Under the pieces are notes generated by a model, which was not told the origin of the DNA, ran no database searches, and saw only the letters and a program-made list of their open reading frames with translations. From contig NC_058383.1 in assembly GCF_018350175.1 (NCBI RefSeq), positions 13,642,001-13,706,000 on the forward strand: a stretch of DNA of 64,000 nucleotides, in the 5' to 3' direction. A program made the position numbers and the translations under genes. How positions within the stretch are numbered: position 1 is the stretch's first letter; every line of letters starts with the position of its first letter. The DNA comes from Felis catus. Taxonomy: Eukaryota. Shown here one piece after another: positions 46,991-59,422 of this stretch.

Positions 46991-49900
46991 GAATTCTCGG
47001 GCACGCTTGGTGATACAGTCACCTTGGGAGGCGTAGACCTCGAACTGAGAGGTGGGCACCTAGGAGTAAGACTGCCGTTGCGTGCAAAAAGTGGCCCTCA
47101 GGCCGGCGTCTCTCTGGGGCCCCTGTTCCCAGCGCACTGTGGCCTCTGGGAGCGTTGGCCGAGGGATCTGTACTTCATACACGGGGGAGTTCCCCGCAGT
47201 TCTGTGGTTCCGGCTCCTGAGGCTTCTTTATGGGGGAGTTGCCCGCTGTCATAAAGTTGTAGGGCACCAAGAATCCCTTCCCTTCTGGATGGCTCACTCC
47301 CCACCACCGTGGGCTTCTCTTTGGTCTTTGCCGCCATGTTGCTCTTTGCCAGCAGAAGGTAGTTTGGGGCTCTCTGGCAACTTGGAAGACATCCTTTCCT
47401 CTGGCCAGGATGGTCTTGCAGATTCTGTCGTGAAGCCAACAGTCGGGCTGTGAATAGCCTGAGCCCACCCAGCACTTCTTTCAAAAGCCCTGCAGAACTA
47501 GGTCATCGGGCTGTCGGGTGGTTCTTCCTCGGATTATGCGGTGCCGAGACGCTTCGTGTCCACTGCCTGCGGAATACCGAACTTGTTTCCAAACTAAATA
47601 GTTTCCAATGAGGACTTAATGGGAGCTTTTCATTTGAAATAGGTTGAAAACAAGCCATTTCCTACTCCCATTTCAAACAAATGTTGGTCCAATTATTTTC
47701 CTTTTTTTAACATAAAGTTAAATGGACTATTCTGCCCATCCCTGGCTGAGCTGAACCATGATTTCTCTTGATTATGCTTTTATGCTGTGAATCGCAAGGC
47801 TCCAGAGACATAATGGACGTCTGTGGGAGAGTGGCAGTAATTTTTAAAATTCTGCCAGCGCCTGTCAGCTTTCACTCCGGTGCCTGCTGCGCGGGAAGAA
47901 AGCACCCCACCAGAAGAAAAAAATCTGCCAACAAAACCAGCACTGTCCGCCCGTCCTGCAGGGGCTGGCACCAGACGGGCCTCCCCTCTGCAAGTCTATG
48001 TGGGCCTTGCGCTCAGCCACCGGAGAAGCCCGGTTTCCAACTCTCCGGCCCTCCTCCTCCCCCTGTTTTCCAGCCATTAGCTTTTTGTGGTGTCGGGGGT
48101 TTCTCTCCCCCCCCCCCCCCGCCCTTAGTCTCATTTTTCTTAGTTTTACTTGGACCATGGCCCCAGGGAAAAGGAACTCCTGGCACCCTGCCTTCCGCTT
48201 GGTCCTTTACCTCCAGCAGCCTAACAGAATGGAAAAGAGAACGCCTCACAGGCTCTCTCCTTGGGTGGTGAGGCTATTTGGTATTTTGTGTGTGTGTTTT
48301 GGTGGCGGTGGTGGTCGCCATCCTGGATTTGTCGAAAGTTCCAGAAAACTTGGGAGAAGAAAGTGCTTCTGGCCACCAGCTTCTGTCTTTGCTAAGGACG
48401 GCTACCCCGCCAGCAGGTTTGTGGGGAATCTACCGAGCAATGGCTTCTAATGGGGACAGTCTCTGCCCTCACCCAGCAGTTCCAAGAATTTAACTAGCCC
48501 CACGGAAGGGCGGGGGGAGAAAAAAACAGCCCTCAATCCCAGCTGCCGACTCGAGAGGCACAAAATACTCGCTTGGTTTTTGGTGAAAGCCCTTTATGCC
48601 TGCCCGGATGTCTCTGGTGCAGGAGCAGTCAGGGCTTTGGCTTTGGAAGGAGGTGGAAGATGTTTGGTGGCTCCCCCCTCGCGGGTCCGACTCGCGGTGT
48701 TTGTCCGGGAGGTGCTTGGCGTCGCCGTCCACGTGCTCCGTGGGGCTCACACGCTCCTGCGAGTTCCCTGCAGAGAGGCGCCACCTGCTTAGGCCGGCGA
48801 GGCCGACGGACCTCCAATCGCAGCACCACTGCGCCTCTCCCCTGCAAAATCCCGACTGTGGTGCACCTGGCGGCCTCTCCCTCTGCCTGTGAGTGAGGTG
48901 GAAGGTGGCAGGCAACTTCGTGAGCGTGGGAGAATATCGGAGCTGCCCAGCGCTCTGGAGAGGTCGCCTAATGCGGGCCTGTACCTCTGGGAATGTCTTT
49001 AGCATCACCGGGGAGAGGCGGTCTGGCCTCCGCCTGAATCTCCTGTGCTAGAGAACAGCCCTGAGCAAGGACCCTGAGGAAACCTCTAATTCTCATAAGA
49101 TTTCCCCCTGTGTGAAGTGAGGTCTGTTACTTCCTCCCCTTGGTCTGCCCCTCCTGGAGCCACCAAGAATAAGTCCAGTGTCCTTGCTGTCATCCCTCCG
49201 GACACTTGGAACTTTTTCTTCTCCGGGCCTGTGTTCAATCCTTCCAGCCGTGCCCCACATTGCTTGCTTCCCCAACCCCATGCCATTGGAGTCCTCTCCT
49301 CCAGACACGCTAGGGTTTGTTCATTCTCAGGTCTGAGCTCCCCAGAATGGAGCGAGGGGCCCTCACTGCCTTTGATAGAGACCCGTGGCACCTTTCAGCA
49401 GTATTGGCTTTTGCTGGTGGTTTGACCGGAAAACGTTCGTGTCTTCCGAACTCCATTGGAGTCTCTCTTTACATCTAGAACCGTTGGGTATATTGGTTCC
49501 ACCTCTGCGTGTGTGTTTGTTGTTTCTCAACCCGTGTGCAAAGTACAGACATTCCTGATTAAAGGGCATCTTATCGGGATGAGATACTTTGGCATCTGTG
49601 TTTCACCATCACACTGCCATTTCCAGCTTCAAGTCATATGAAAATTGAGCTCATCCCCTGGGTGCCAGACACCGCGCTGGGCTGGGGCTGCAGCACGGAA
49701 TAGGACAGGCACAGTTACTTCCCAGACTGCTCATTGGGACAGACAAGTGCTTGAGACGGGACATGCAGAAGCACACAGGCAAGTGCTTAACACATTCAGG
49801 CTTTCCGGAAAATGTAGCACCCGTGAGTAGGAGTTGGCCGAGGGATTACTGTTCCCGGCAGGGGGAACTGCGTACGCAGCGGGAGAGGTGACGGAAAGCA

Positions 49901-52428
49901 TGGCACCTGCAGTCACTGCCTGCAGATCACGCCCTCCACCCTCGTCAGTGGCTAATACAGATGTGCAGCCTGATGGGTAGAAGAAATTACAGTGAAGACC
50001 TTCATCGTCTCCCTTTGGGCACATCAAACATTTATGAGCTCACCTAATTGCATTTGTGTCCCAACCACACTCCTCTGTCTTGACCATCTGAATTGCATGT
50101 GAAAGCGCATTTATGTCTCACCGAATACGGGCCTGCCCTCTCTACATTATTTTCCAAGCTTATCGATCTCCTACCCTGTGAAAACGGTCTTGTTCTCATG
50201 ACTTGTTCCTCATAACCCCCGTTGGCTTCACGCGAGCACCAGTTCCCCGGCTGTCCTCCTGATCACCTGTCTTATTTTCCAGGTCACTCGTGAACAGAAT
50301 AGGTCACTGGCAGGGCTGTGCCTGGGACCCCAGTGTCTGACTCCCTTGTCCAGAGGTCTGTCCTTCCCACCATTCTGCCCTCCCGTGCCCATCTTTGAAG
50401 AGCAGACACGACACAAGGTTCTTTTTGAGAGCATCTGGTCCGTCCCTGCTGTGCGGTTAGAGGAGCCAGGAGGCCAGGCAGGTCTTTACCCCGCTGAGAA
50501 TGGGAAGGGAGATGCCCAGGTAGCAGCCACGGCCATAGGCTCGCTCGTGGCTTCCCTCAGAAGGCCTTTGGAGTAAACAGACGCAAGGCTCTATGGTTAA
50601 TAAAACATCCTGGCGTTTATTCTCTCCTCTGTTTCTCACCCCCATGAAGTCAGTGGGAAAACATTCTTGTTCCCATTTAGTACATGGGACTCAAAGAACA
50701 GGAGAGACTTACAGACTAAGTAACCAAGCTCCGGCGCCCCCAAGGACTTCTGGCTTCTCTCCTGTCCCTATCTCAATGATGATATCAACCCTCTGACCTC
50801 TCCCCTCTCCAGAATGCTGGCTGGGTGATTGGGTAATGGAATATAAATAGAAGGAAAGAAAAAAATAGATTAAGTTCCAAGCACTAGTAGGCTGACGACT
50901 GAATACTGAGGCCCACTCAGACCTTTAGATCATTTTCCTGACACTCCGGAGCCGAAAAGCAACAAGTGACAGCCAACAATCCCTAGGCTTAACCCGACAG
51001 TCTTGTAGAAACAAGCCCAAGTATGAGCTATTCTAAGCAGGATGACAGGATTGGAATTCGGTCATGTTTCAGATGTACTTTTAGATCCAAATAGAGAAGG
51101 AGTCTTGTAAAGAGCGCTATAAAAATGGTTTAAAATAACAGGCTCGCGGAGAAAGGAATGTAGACGCAGAGAGCTGGGGTGCTGCTCCAGTCGGAGCATG
51201 CTCACCACAGTTACCGGAGAGGGGTACTGACAGGATCCCTTTGCCAAGCCTAGCAGTACCCTTAGCTTGCTCCCAGGCTCAGGAACCAAGGGCCGCCTCC
51301 TAATTGAGGGGTGTTAATTGTCTAGATCCTTTATGTGAATCAGAAATAGGCCAGGCTAGCCGTTTCCCTAACAGGTATGGAGCGCCTTGGTAGAACGGTG
51401 ACGAAAACCATCGCCATATTTCTGGTCTGGGACTTGTTGAGTTTTTCGAGTCTAGAACTCCAGAGTCTAGGGCTCCTTGATTCCTTAGCAAGAGCAAAGG
51501 GACGAGTATTTTGTGTTACAGTCCTTGGTGAATTAGACCTTGAGACTTCATAATTAAAATGGATTTAATAGAGGAAGGGAGGCTGGGATATCTGCCCCAG
51601 TAAGCAGGCATCTTCTGTCAGTAGGAGAGTGTGTCCTTTGTATTTAAACAGCTTCTCCAAAAGGCTCTAAATGAGATTTGGGACTTAAACAAGATTTGGT
51701 GTGATTTGCTAATTACCCAAGTTACTATTACCTGATTAACACAGGAACCCTAATAGTCTGTTGCAGTGTCTTTCTTCCGGGTGCCAAGAGGCTTGACATC
51801 TGTCACCTGTTCACTTGGAGGCATTTTAATTAACCCAAATTATGGATGTCTTTTCTGCTTTATGATTTGGTGCCTGGATTTTATATTTAAAAGTTAATAA
51901 CCACCTAAAGGAGGTTTGCTGCCAAAATACAAGAGTCTGACAAATCTGTTTGTGGTGGGGAATCAGGCGGAGTTCTTGGTGTATTCCCGGCCGTCAGCCT
52001 GGGAAGCGATACAGCGGGCACGGAGGACGGCTTCCCGGTGACCAGTCACAGACCTCAAGAAAGAACACCCTCACCTCTCTCTGTGCCTTCCCAGCCTTGA
52101 CTAAGGCCTCTGACCCAGGGCTGATGTAACTGCACGGGGTTCGAGCCGAAGAAGCTACATGGCTTTCTCAGGGGCGCGCAGGAAGCCAGGACGGCATTCA
52201 GACGAAATAAGAATAATTAGTTTAAAAAAAACAATAGCGATCATGGCTTTTTCGCTCTGACCACCAGAAGGCTCTGCTGACTTTCGTTCCCGAGGTGGGG
52301 TTTCAGTGCGGATAAAGTCAGCCGAGGTTAGAGCCTCAGCAAGTTTCCCATAAGGTCGGAACTGCTTCAGGGGATGCCGGGGCGCTTTGCACTGCAGCTG
52401 GTGACCGGTTTCTCCCTCAAATAAAGAC

Positions 52429-52517
52429 GGCTTGTTTAGCTGGTTCTGAGTTTAGCTGGTTCTGAGTTCCGGCTTGTTTAGCTGGCTTGTTTAGCTGGTT
52501 CTGAGTTCCGAAGCTTG
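52429..52517 (+). repeat. Mosaic short tandem duplication array
   Basis: tttagctgg x4, ggttctgagtt x3, ggcttgtttagctgg x3. Confidence 0.9.
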
Positions 52518-53644
52518 TCTCCGCACGCGCTCTGCTCTGAGAGGACACCGTCCCAGGAGCCTGGGGCCCACGTGCTTAGTGACCAGAATCTTCTCCAGAA
52601 ACAGGGACCTGGGTCCGCACAGAGACCAGATTGCAAGTCAGAAGGTGGAAAACTGGGGGCCATCCCCTGAGCCAGTGTGCCCTGCCTCGCCTTTAGATGG
52701 GAAGAGATTCCTAGGGTTGGGGCTGGGGTCCGCGCCGAGGACAGAGGGCCCTCTAGGGTTTGCTTACTGCGTGTCTTCCACTGAAGTTCCCACACTGTTC
52801 AAGTTCACTGGGTGTTGAAGAAGAATAACCTGCCTGAGGCACAAACTGGTGGCCTTGTGAAGTGATTAGTTCCTCCAGGGCACGAGGAGACCAGGCGCTC
52901 TAAATGGTACCCCGACGCACTGGGAAAGTTAACCTCATTCACCTTCCATGGATGAGCACATCATTCCCAGAAAATCGTTCGTTCGTGTTTGACCAGGCGC
53001 AGCCCCAGTGTGGATGGCAAAGTTCTCTTTTGACCTCCCGAGTTAGCCATGATCTTTCTCTCTTCTGTCTCAGCCGAGCTTTTTTCTTCCGGAAAGAGAT
53101 AGTACCTCACGGCTCTAGCATTAGCGTCAGAGGCCTCACCTCTGCCTCTCCTCACGCAGACATCTCCCCACCCAGAGTTGTTGGTGTTTCTGCGGCTGTG
53201 TCACCGCGGACCAGGCGACTCGGTTCCCCGACAGTGAGGCTGGGGGCCGCGGGCAAGAAGACTGGCCTTGAGTTCATATTTGTTGAAACTGTTACTTGGA
53301 AGTTTACTAGACCATGCCGTCTACTTTTATATATGCTGGACGTTTTCCAGAAGAAAGAGTTACGAATAGGGATATCAGGTGCCTTGGACAGTATTCTCCC
53401 CAGGCCAGAGTGAAGGTAACGAATGAAGGTTATCTGCCTGGGATGTTAACCAAAATAAGGATTTAGCTGCAGAGCAGTGAGAACACTGGTACAGGGTTCA
53501 TTTTTACAGTTTCAACATAACACAGTCTTATCAGAAAAAATATTCAAGTACAACCAGGGAGCATTGCCACTGTACCCGTTTTGGCATCGAAGCCTTTTTA
53601 TGTGGCTATTACCCCAAAATGTGCGTGCTTCTGCAGCTTGTAAC

Positions 53645-53927
53645 TTTTTTTTTACTTCAGCTTTACTAAAATATAATTGACAAATAAATTTATCACATAG
53701 TTAAAGTATACATCGTGGTGACTTAAATTTACACATACATTGAGAAAGGATTTTAGTTCACTAAAATCCATCACCTCACTTTCATTCCTTCCTTCCTTCC
53801 ATCTTTCCAGCCTTCCTTCCATCATCTTTCCTTCCGTTCATCTTTCTTTCCCCCCTTCCTTCCTTCCTTCCTTCCCTCCTTCCTTCCTTCCTTCCTTCCT
53901 TCCTTCCTTCCTTCCTTCCTTCCTTCC

Positions 53928-53967
<40 letters not shown>

Positions 53968-54330
53968 TCGGCAATAGTGGTTGATGGTGATGGTGGTGGT
54001 AACACTTAAGTCCTACTCTGTTAGCAAATTTCTTGTTCAGCCATGAGAAAGAAAGAAATCCAGACATTTGCAACAACATGGACAGACCTTGAGGGCATTA
54101 TGCTAAGTGAGATAAACCAGACAGAGAAAGGCAAATAATGCAGGGTATCAATTACATGTGAAACCAAGGCGGGGAGTCAAACCCATAAAACAGAGAGCAA
54201 AAAAGTCGTTTTCAGGGGCGGGGGGGGGGTGTAGGTAATAGGGAAACATTGGTAAAAGGTACAACTTTCGGCTATAAGATGAGTAAGGTTTGAGGATCTA
54301 ATGTAAAGCATGGTGACTATAGTTGACAGT
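53645..54330 (-). mobile_element. L1MA9/L1_Carn-like 3' element with 5' inversion (minus 53645-54032, plus 54033-54330)
   Basis: Minus-strand 3' terminus (poly-T, tataattgacaaata, catcacctcac, aacacttaag...ttagcaaatttc) abuts plus-strand ttcagccatgagaaag...catggtgactatagtt. Confidence 0.85.
53781..53969 (+). repeat. Compound (TTCC)n/(TTTC)n microsatellite inside the L1 3' UTR
   Basis: Read directly. Confidence 0.96.
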
Positions 54331-55898
54331 GCTTAATTTTAGATTTTGTTTTCTTTTGCTTCATCATTTTCTGTTTTGATTTCTTTTCAAATGAGATTAT
54401 ATTAAGTATATCATTCATCAGCTTGTTTTAATAGCTTTGTTCAAATATAATTTATAAGCCATAAAGTTCACTCATACTAAGTGGACAATTGAATGGTTTT
54501 TGGTCAATTTGCAGGGTTGTGTAACCATCACCTCAATTAAGTTTTAGAACATTTTCATCATGCCAGTAAAATCCCTTATGCCCATTTGCAGTCAGTCCCT
54601 GTTACCTCCCCCCGGTCCAAGGCAACCACTAGTCTACTTTCTGTGTCCACAGATTTGCCCTTCCTGAGCGTTTTGTGGAGATGGAATCCTACAATACGGA
54701 ATCGTCCGTATCTGGCTTCTTTCACTTCGCGTGCTGTTGTGGGGTTCATCTGTGTTGTAGTGTTTATCAGTAGTGTATGCCCCTTTCTTGATGACTGATG
54801 CTCCGTTGAAGGGACGGAACATAGCTTTTCACCGATTCACCGATAATGGACATTGGTTTCCACTTTGGGGCTGTTATTAATCATGCTGCCATGAACATTC
54901 ATCTACACATCTTTGAGTGGATGTATGTTTTCATTTCTCCCGCTTGATACCTAGGAATGAATAGCTGGGTCATACAGGAAATTTCTGCTTAACATTTTTA
55001 AGATACCGCCAAAATGTTTTTTCCATAGTGGCTGCACCATTTCACATTCCCCCTAGTAACATACGAGTGTTCTAATTTCTCCATATCCTCGCCAACATTT
55101 GTAATTGTCTGTCTTTTTTTTATGATAGCTATCCTTGTGGACGTGAAGTGGTATCTCAATGTGGTTTTAATTTGCATTACTCTGATGGCTAATGATGTTG
55201 AGCGGCTTTTCATGTATTCTTGGCCATTTGTATATCTTCTTTGATGAAATATTACTCAAATCTTTTGCCTGTTTTTTTTTAATTAGTTTGTTTGTCTTCC
55301 TATGATTGACTTCTAAGAAATCTTTATATATTCTGGATATAAGTCCTTTATCAGGTGTATGATTTGCGAATATTTTCTGCCCATCAGCTGCTTGACTCTT
55401 CACATTTATGATGGTGTCTTTTGAATGCAGAGTTTTTAATTTTGATGAACTCCCGTCGGTCGGGTTGTTTCTTTTAGGAATCATACTTCCGTCGTATCTA
55501 AGAGCTCTTTGTCTCACACTAGTTCCCAGAGACTATCTCGGTGTTTTTTTCCTAAAGGTTTTATAATGTTAGCTCTCTCTTTTGGCCTGTGTGATCCATT
55601 GAACTTTTGTATGGTGGGAACTAGGCATTTCATCTTCTTGCCCGTGGGTGTCCAGTTGTCCAGCACTCTTTGTTGGAAAGACCACCCTTCTCTCACTGAA
55701 ATGCCTTGGCACATTTTGTCAGAATTCAGTTGACCATAAATATCATTCATTGTCATATATATTTACCTCTGGACTCTCATTTCTGAACCTTTGATCTTAT
55801 GTCTATCTTTATCTCAGCACAAGACGGTCTTGATTACCATAGCTTTGAAAGATATTTTGAAATTGGAAACTGTGAGTCTTCCAATTTTATTTTTCTTC

Positions 55899-56054
55899 TT
55901 TTTTTTAAATATGAAATGTATTGTCAAATTGGTTTCCATACAACACCCGGTGCCCATCTCAACAGGTGCCCTCCTCAATGCCCGTCACCCACTTTCCCCT
56001 CCCTCCCACCCCCCATCAACCCTCAGTTTATTGTCAGTTTTTAAGAGTCTCTTA
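55899..56054 (-). mobile_element. Felid L1 (L1_Fc-like) 3' terminal fragment nested in the older L1
   Basis: tattgtcaaattggtttccatacaacaccc...aggtgccctcctcaatgccc...ccatcaaccctcagttt...ttaagagtctctta; host L1 resumes at aagattgtttggctat. Confidence 0.88.
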
Positions 56055-56320
56055 AAGATTGTTTGGCTATTTGGGGTTCTTGGCATTTCTATATAAATTT
56101 TAGGATCATCTCATCAATTTCTGCAAGGAAAAAAAAAGTCTATTGGGATTTTGTGAGGGATTGCATTCAATCCACAGACCAATTTGGGTAGACTTGCCAT
56201 CTTAACAATATTGACTCTTCCGGGCTGTGGCTGTGGAATGTCTGTCCATTTATTTAGATTTTCTTTAATTTCTTTCCAAAATGTTTTGTAGTTTTCAACC
56301 CACAAGTTTTGTACTGCTTT

Positions 56321-56510
56321 TTTTTTTAAGTTTATTTATTTATTTCGAGAGATAGAGAGCAAGAGAGGGGCAGAGAGAGAGAATCCCATGTAGGCTCTGC
56401 ACTGTCAGCACAGAGCCAGACATGGGGCTCAATCCCACAAGCCATGAGATCATAACCTGATCTGAAATCAAGAGTTGGACGCTCAACCAACTGAGCCACC
56501 CAGGTGGTGC
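56321..56510 (-). mobile_element. Can-SINE nested in L1
   Basis: gaaatcaagagttggacgctcaaccaactgagccacccagg; TSD tgtact(g/t)cttt at 56310-56320 and 56511-56521. Confidence 0.93.
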
Positions 56511-57804
56511 TGTACTTCTTTTGTTACATTTATTTCTGAGTACTTGAGTCTTTTTGGTGTTATGGTGAGTGGAGTTTTTTCTTTTTCAGTTTTGAACTGT
56601 TCCTTGCTGCTATCTATAAATACAGTTCGTTTTCACGTATTGATCTTTTATCCACTGAATTGACTCGATTTGTGTATTAGTTCTAATAACAAACTAAGGG
56701 TTGTTTTGGGGATTCCTAAGGATTTTCTGCGTTTAAGATCATGCCATCTGTAAATAAGCATAGTCTTGCTTCCTCTTTTCCCATATGGGTAACTTTTATT
56801 TTCTTGTTTCGCCTGATACAGAATTTTAAGGACTAAAACTTGGTCGATTTTCACGAGTACACTTACGATATAAATGAGGAGCCAACTTTCGCGATCTCAG
56901 ATGAGCCTCATAGAGACAGAGGGAAGAAGTGGTCACTGCTCTCGCAGACGAGTAAAAATGCCAATTTGCATAGACTTGGGGTTTCATGATTTTCCTCTTA
57001 GTGGGTGGTTCTTTCAGCAGCCTGACCAGAGGCAGACATGAAAACGCCTGAACAAAGCATGAAAGTACCCTGAGTAGGCAAAGACAGATGCCATGCATCC
57101 TCCAAGTTCATTTCTGTAACCCACTGGGAAATCTCTGATCTACACGGAACCTCATCTTCGAGTCTACATGTTGTTTCAATAAGCATGAGTATGTGGTTTT
57201 CTAGGGGTTGGTTTGGCTTGGGGTTTCTCTGTAGCTGTGTTTTAGGAAGGGTGTTAGACAAGAGACAAACTAAGAGTTGCCCAAAGGACACCAAAAAGTG
57301 AAAGGATAATGTCTCACAGTGAGAGAAGACATTGAAAAAGCATTAATAAACACGCCACATATATTTCCAGACACCTGCTCAAGGCCTCGTGCTCAAGAAT
57401 TGGAAAGCACCTCCAACAAGCCAGTTGAAGGCCACTTCCCAGTCTCTGCAGGCTGTGAGCAAGCCAAAACCCCAGTGACCCCCTCCATTTCTTTTGTGGC
57501 TGATGAATCCGATTCAAGTGCAAAATACTTTATAATTTTCCCTTTGAAATTCTGGCTTGTTAGCGTCAACTCATTGTTCTCGTCTCTCACGATCTCTTCA
57601 GATTCGGATTCTCTTTCCTGGGCCAGAGATTAGTAACTAAGCCAAGGGGTGATTTCTCACGGTGATAACCCTGTGTCCTCACAAAAGTTAAATCTCATTT
57701 ACTACAGAATAAGCACTTTAGCTCACGTGGCTTCTTAAAAAGTTCGTCATCAAGGAATATTGGGAAAAGATATACAGTAACAAAATAAAAGCCCACCATC
57801 TAGC

Positions 57805-59175
57805 CAGGCTGTTAGAGTGGGAATTTACAGGTAGACGAGGGGGGAGGTTAGACCGATCCACGTAGAAACAGCTCAGAATTGGAGACATCAGTATGAACTC
57901 ATGTTTCACTTAATGTAGATACAGACGGTTGCATATGGAACTATTTACAAACCTGTGTGTATCCACAAAGCTTAATGTACACGCATGTATTTCTGTGCCC
58001 TGTCAGCTGTCAGGGCCTGAAGGAAAGGACACCCCAGGTGCAGCAAGCACATCCTCACCCAGATCTTGGTTTCTAATACCGTTCTCCAATAAAGTGAAAA
58101 ATGGTTCCCGAGAGAAATGGCTGATTCTAAGATTGGAGCAGGAAATATGCAAGATGAGCCCGGAGTATTTTATAGTGCCAGGAAAGGAAGTGCTAAAAAA
58201 AAAAAAAAAAAAAAAAAAAAGGAAAAAAAATTCATGGATGTATGTCAGAGGATCTCAGGAGCCACCCAAAAGAGTTCCTGGTGGCCAAACCTGGAATAAT
58301 TTTATTAGCAAAACCATGGAGTAGCATTGCAGTGTAACCCCAAGTATGATTCTACACTGATATTAATAACTTGATCAATTTGGGAGAAGAGATAAACGTG
58401 TGTAGAATTCCAGATAATTTCTGTGGGTCCTCTGCCCTCAATAGGGTAGCATAACTCCTTAGATGTGGGCCGTGCACAGTGAGTGGCTTAATTCCAAAGA
58501 GGATTGTATGAAAGGGGAGGGGGACACTATACAGTAGAGGTACCTGATAAACACTACTTCAGCCTGGTGAACATCCAGCCAAGGGAGTCATAAATGCAAT
58601 AGAATATTATTGTATCGTATAATAGAGTATAATATAGATAGTATAGTATAGTATAGTACAATACAGATAGTATATTCATACTCTTGATATTATGGGATGA
58701 AAACGATGCTCTACCTCTGTGATCTTCCTCCCCCAAACCCGTAAGTTCAGTCTTACTATGAGAAAACAAACAAATTGCAATAGTGGGGCAACCTCCAGAA
58801 TAGCTCAGTTCTCCCAAAATGTGTCAAGGTCATCAAAACCAAGGACATTTGGAGAAAGTGCCCCAGCCAAAAGGAAAAGAAAACATGACAATTAAATGGA
58901 ATGTAGCATCCTGAAGGATTCTGAACCAGAAAAAAGACATTAGATAAAAATTAAGGAAATCTGAATAAACTACGGACTTCAGTTAATGATACTGTATCAG
59001 TATTGGCTCATGAATTGTAATGAATGTGCCACACTTAAGGAAGATCAGGGATAATGGTAATACGTGAATGTAGTATTAGGGGACACTGGATGTTGGATAT
59101 ATGGGAATACCGTGTACTGCCTTCTCAATTTCTTTGTAAATCTAAAATTATTCTTAAAACAAAGTCTATTTAAAA
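57805..59175 (+). mobile_element. L1MC/L1MD-like long 3' UTR fragment
   Basis: ttggagacatcagtatgaactcatgttt, ccagatcttggtttctaatacc, gagaaatggctgattcta, aaggaaatctgaataaa, end tgtaaatctaaaattattctt; internal poly-A and (tagta)n. Confidence 0.85.
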
Positions 59176-59382
59176 GAAGAGCCAACGTCACTACCAGTTT
59201 TGAAAAATCTTAAAAGGTTGGCATCAGTTATCTGGAAAATTTATTTGTGAGAAGACCTATTCCTTTATGATGATGGATAAGTGAAGCATTGCTGAATTGT
59301 CTCTGCCTGTCTGAGCAAGTTAATGTTTCCAAGAAAAGAGGATGGGGCTTGTGTAGGAGAAAGAAAATGCGAGTGTGTGCGC

Positions 59383-59385
<3 letters not shown>

Positions 59386-59420
<35 letters not shown>
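59386..59420 (+). repeat. (TG)17 microsatellite
   Basis: Read directly. Confidence 0.97.

Positions 59421-59422
<2 letters not shown>

Larger units (their letters stand above)
54424..56830 (-). mobile_element. L1MB-like element, ~2.4-kb span (3' UTR plus decayed ORF2) including two nested insertions
   Basis: Track peptides SLAIRVMQIKTTLRYHFT (54998-55213) and ENYKTFWKEIKENLNKW...NIVKMASLPK...NAIP (56114-56305) match L1 ORF2; many frameshifts. Confidence 0.93.

Noticed and set aside
52429..52517. CRISPR-like short repeats
   Set aside because: No unique spacers, irregular period, no cas genes, mammalian context.
54998..56305. Peptides with real protein similarity (L1 ORF2)
   Set aside because: Short frameshifted pieces of a dead L1, split by two insertions; not a functional CDS.
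57393..57633. Protein-looking minus-strand frame (ESESEEIVRDENNELTLTSQNFKGKIIK) after tactaat...cccag
   Set aside because: Branch-like motif too close to the AG, poor pyrimidine tract, weak donor, no recognised homologue; BLASTP/PhyloCSF would settle it.
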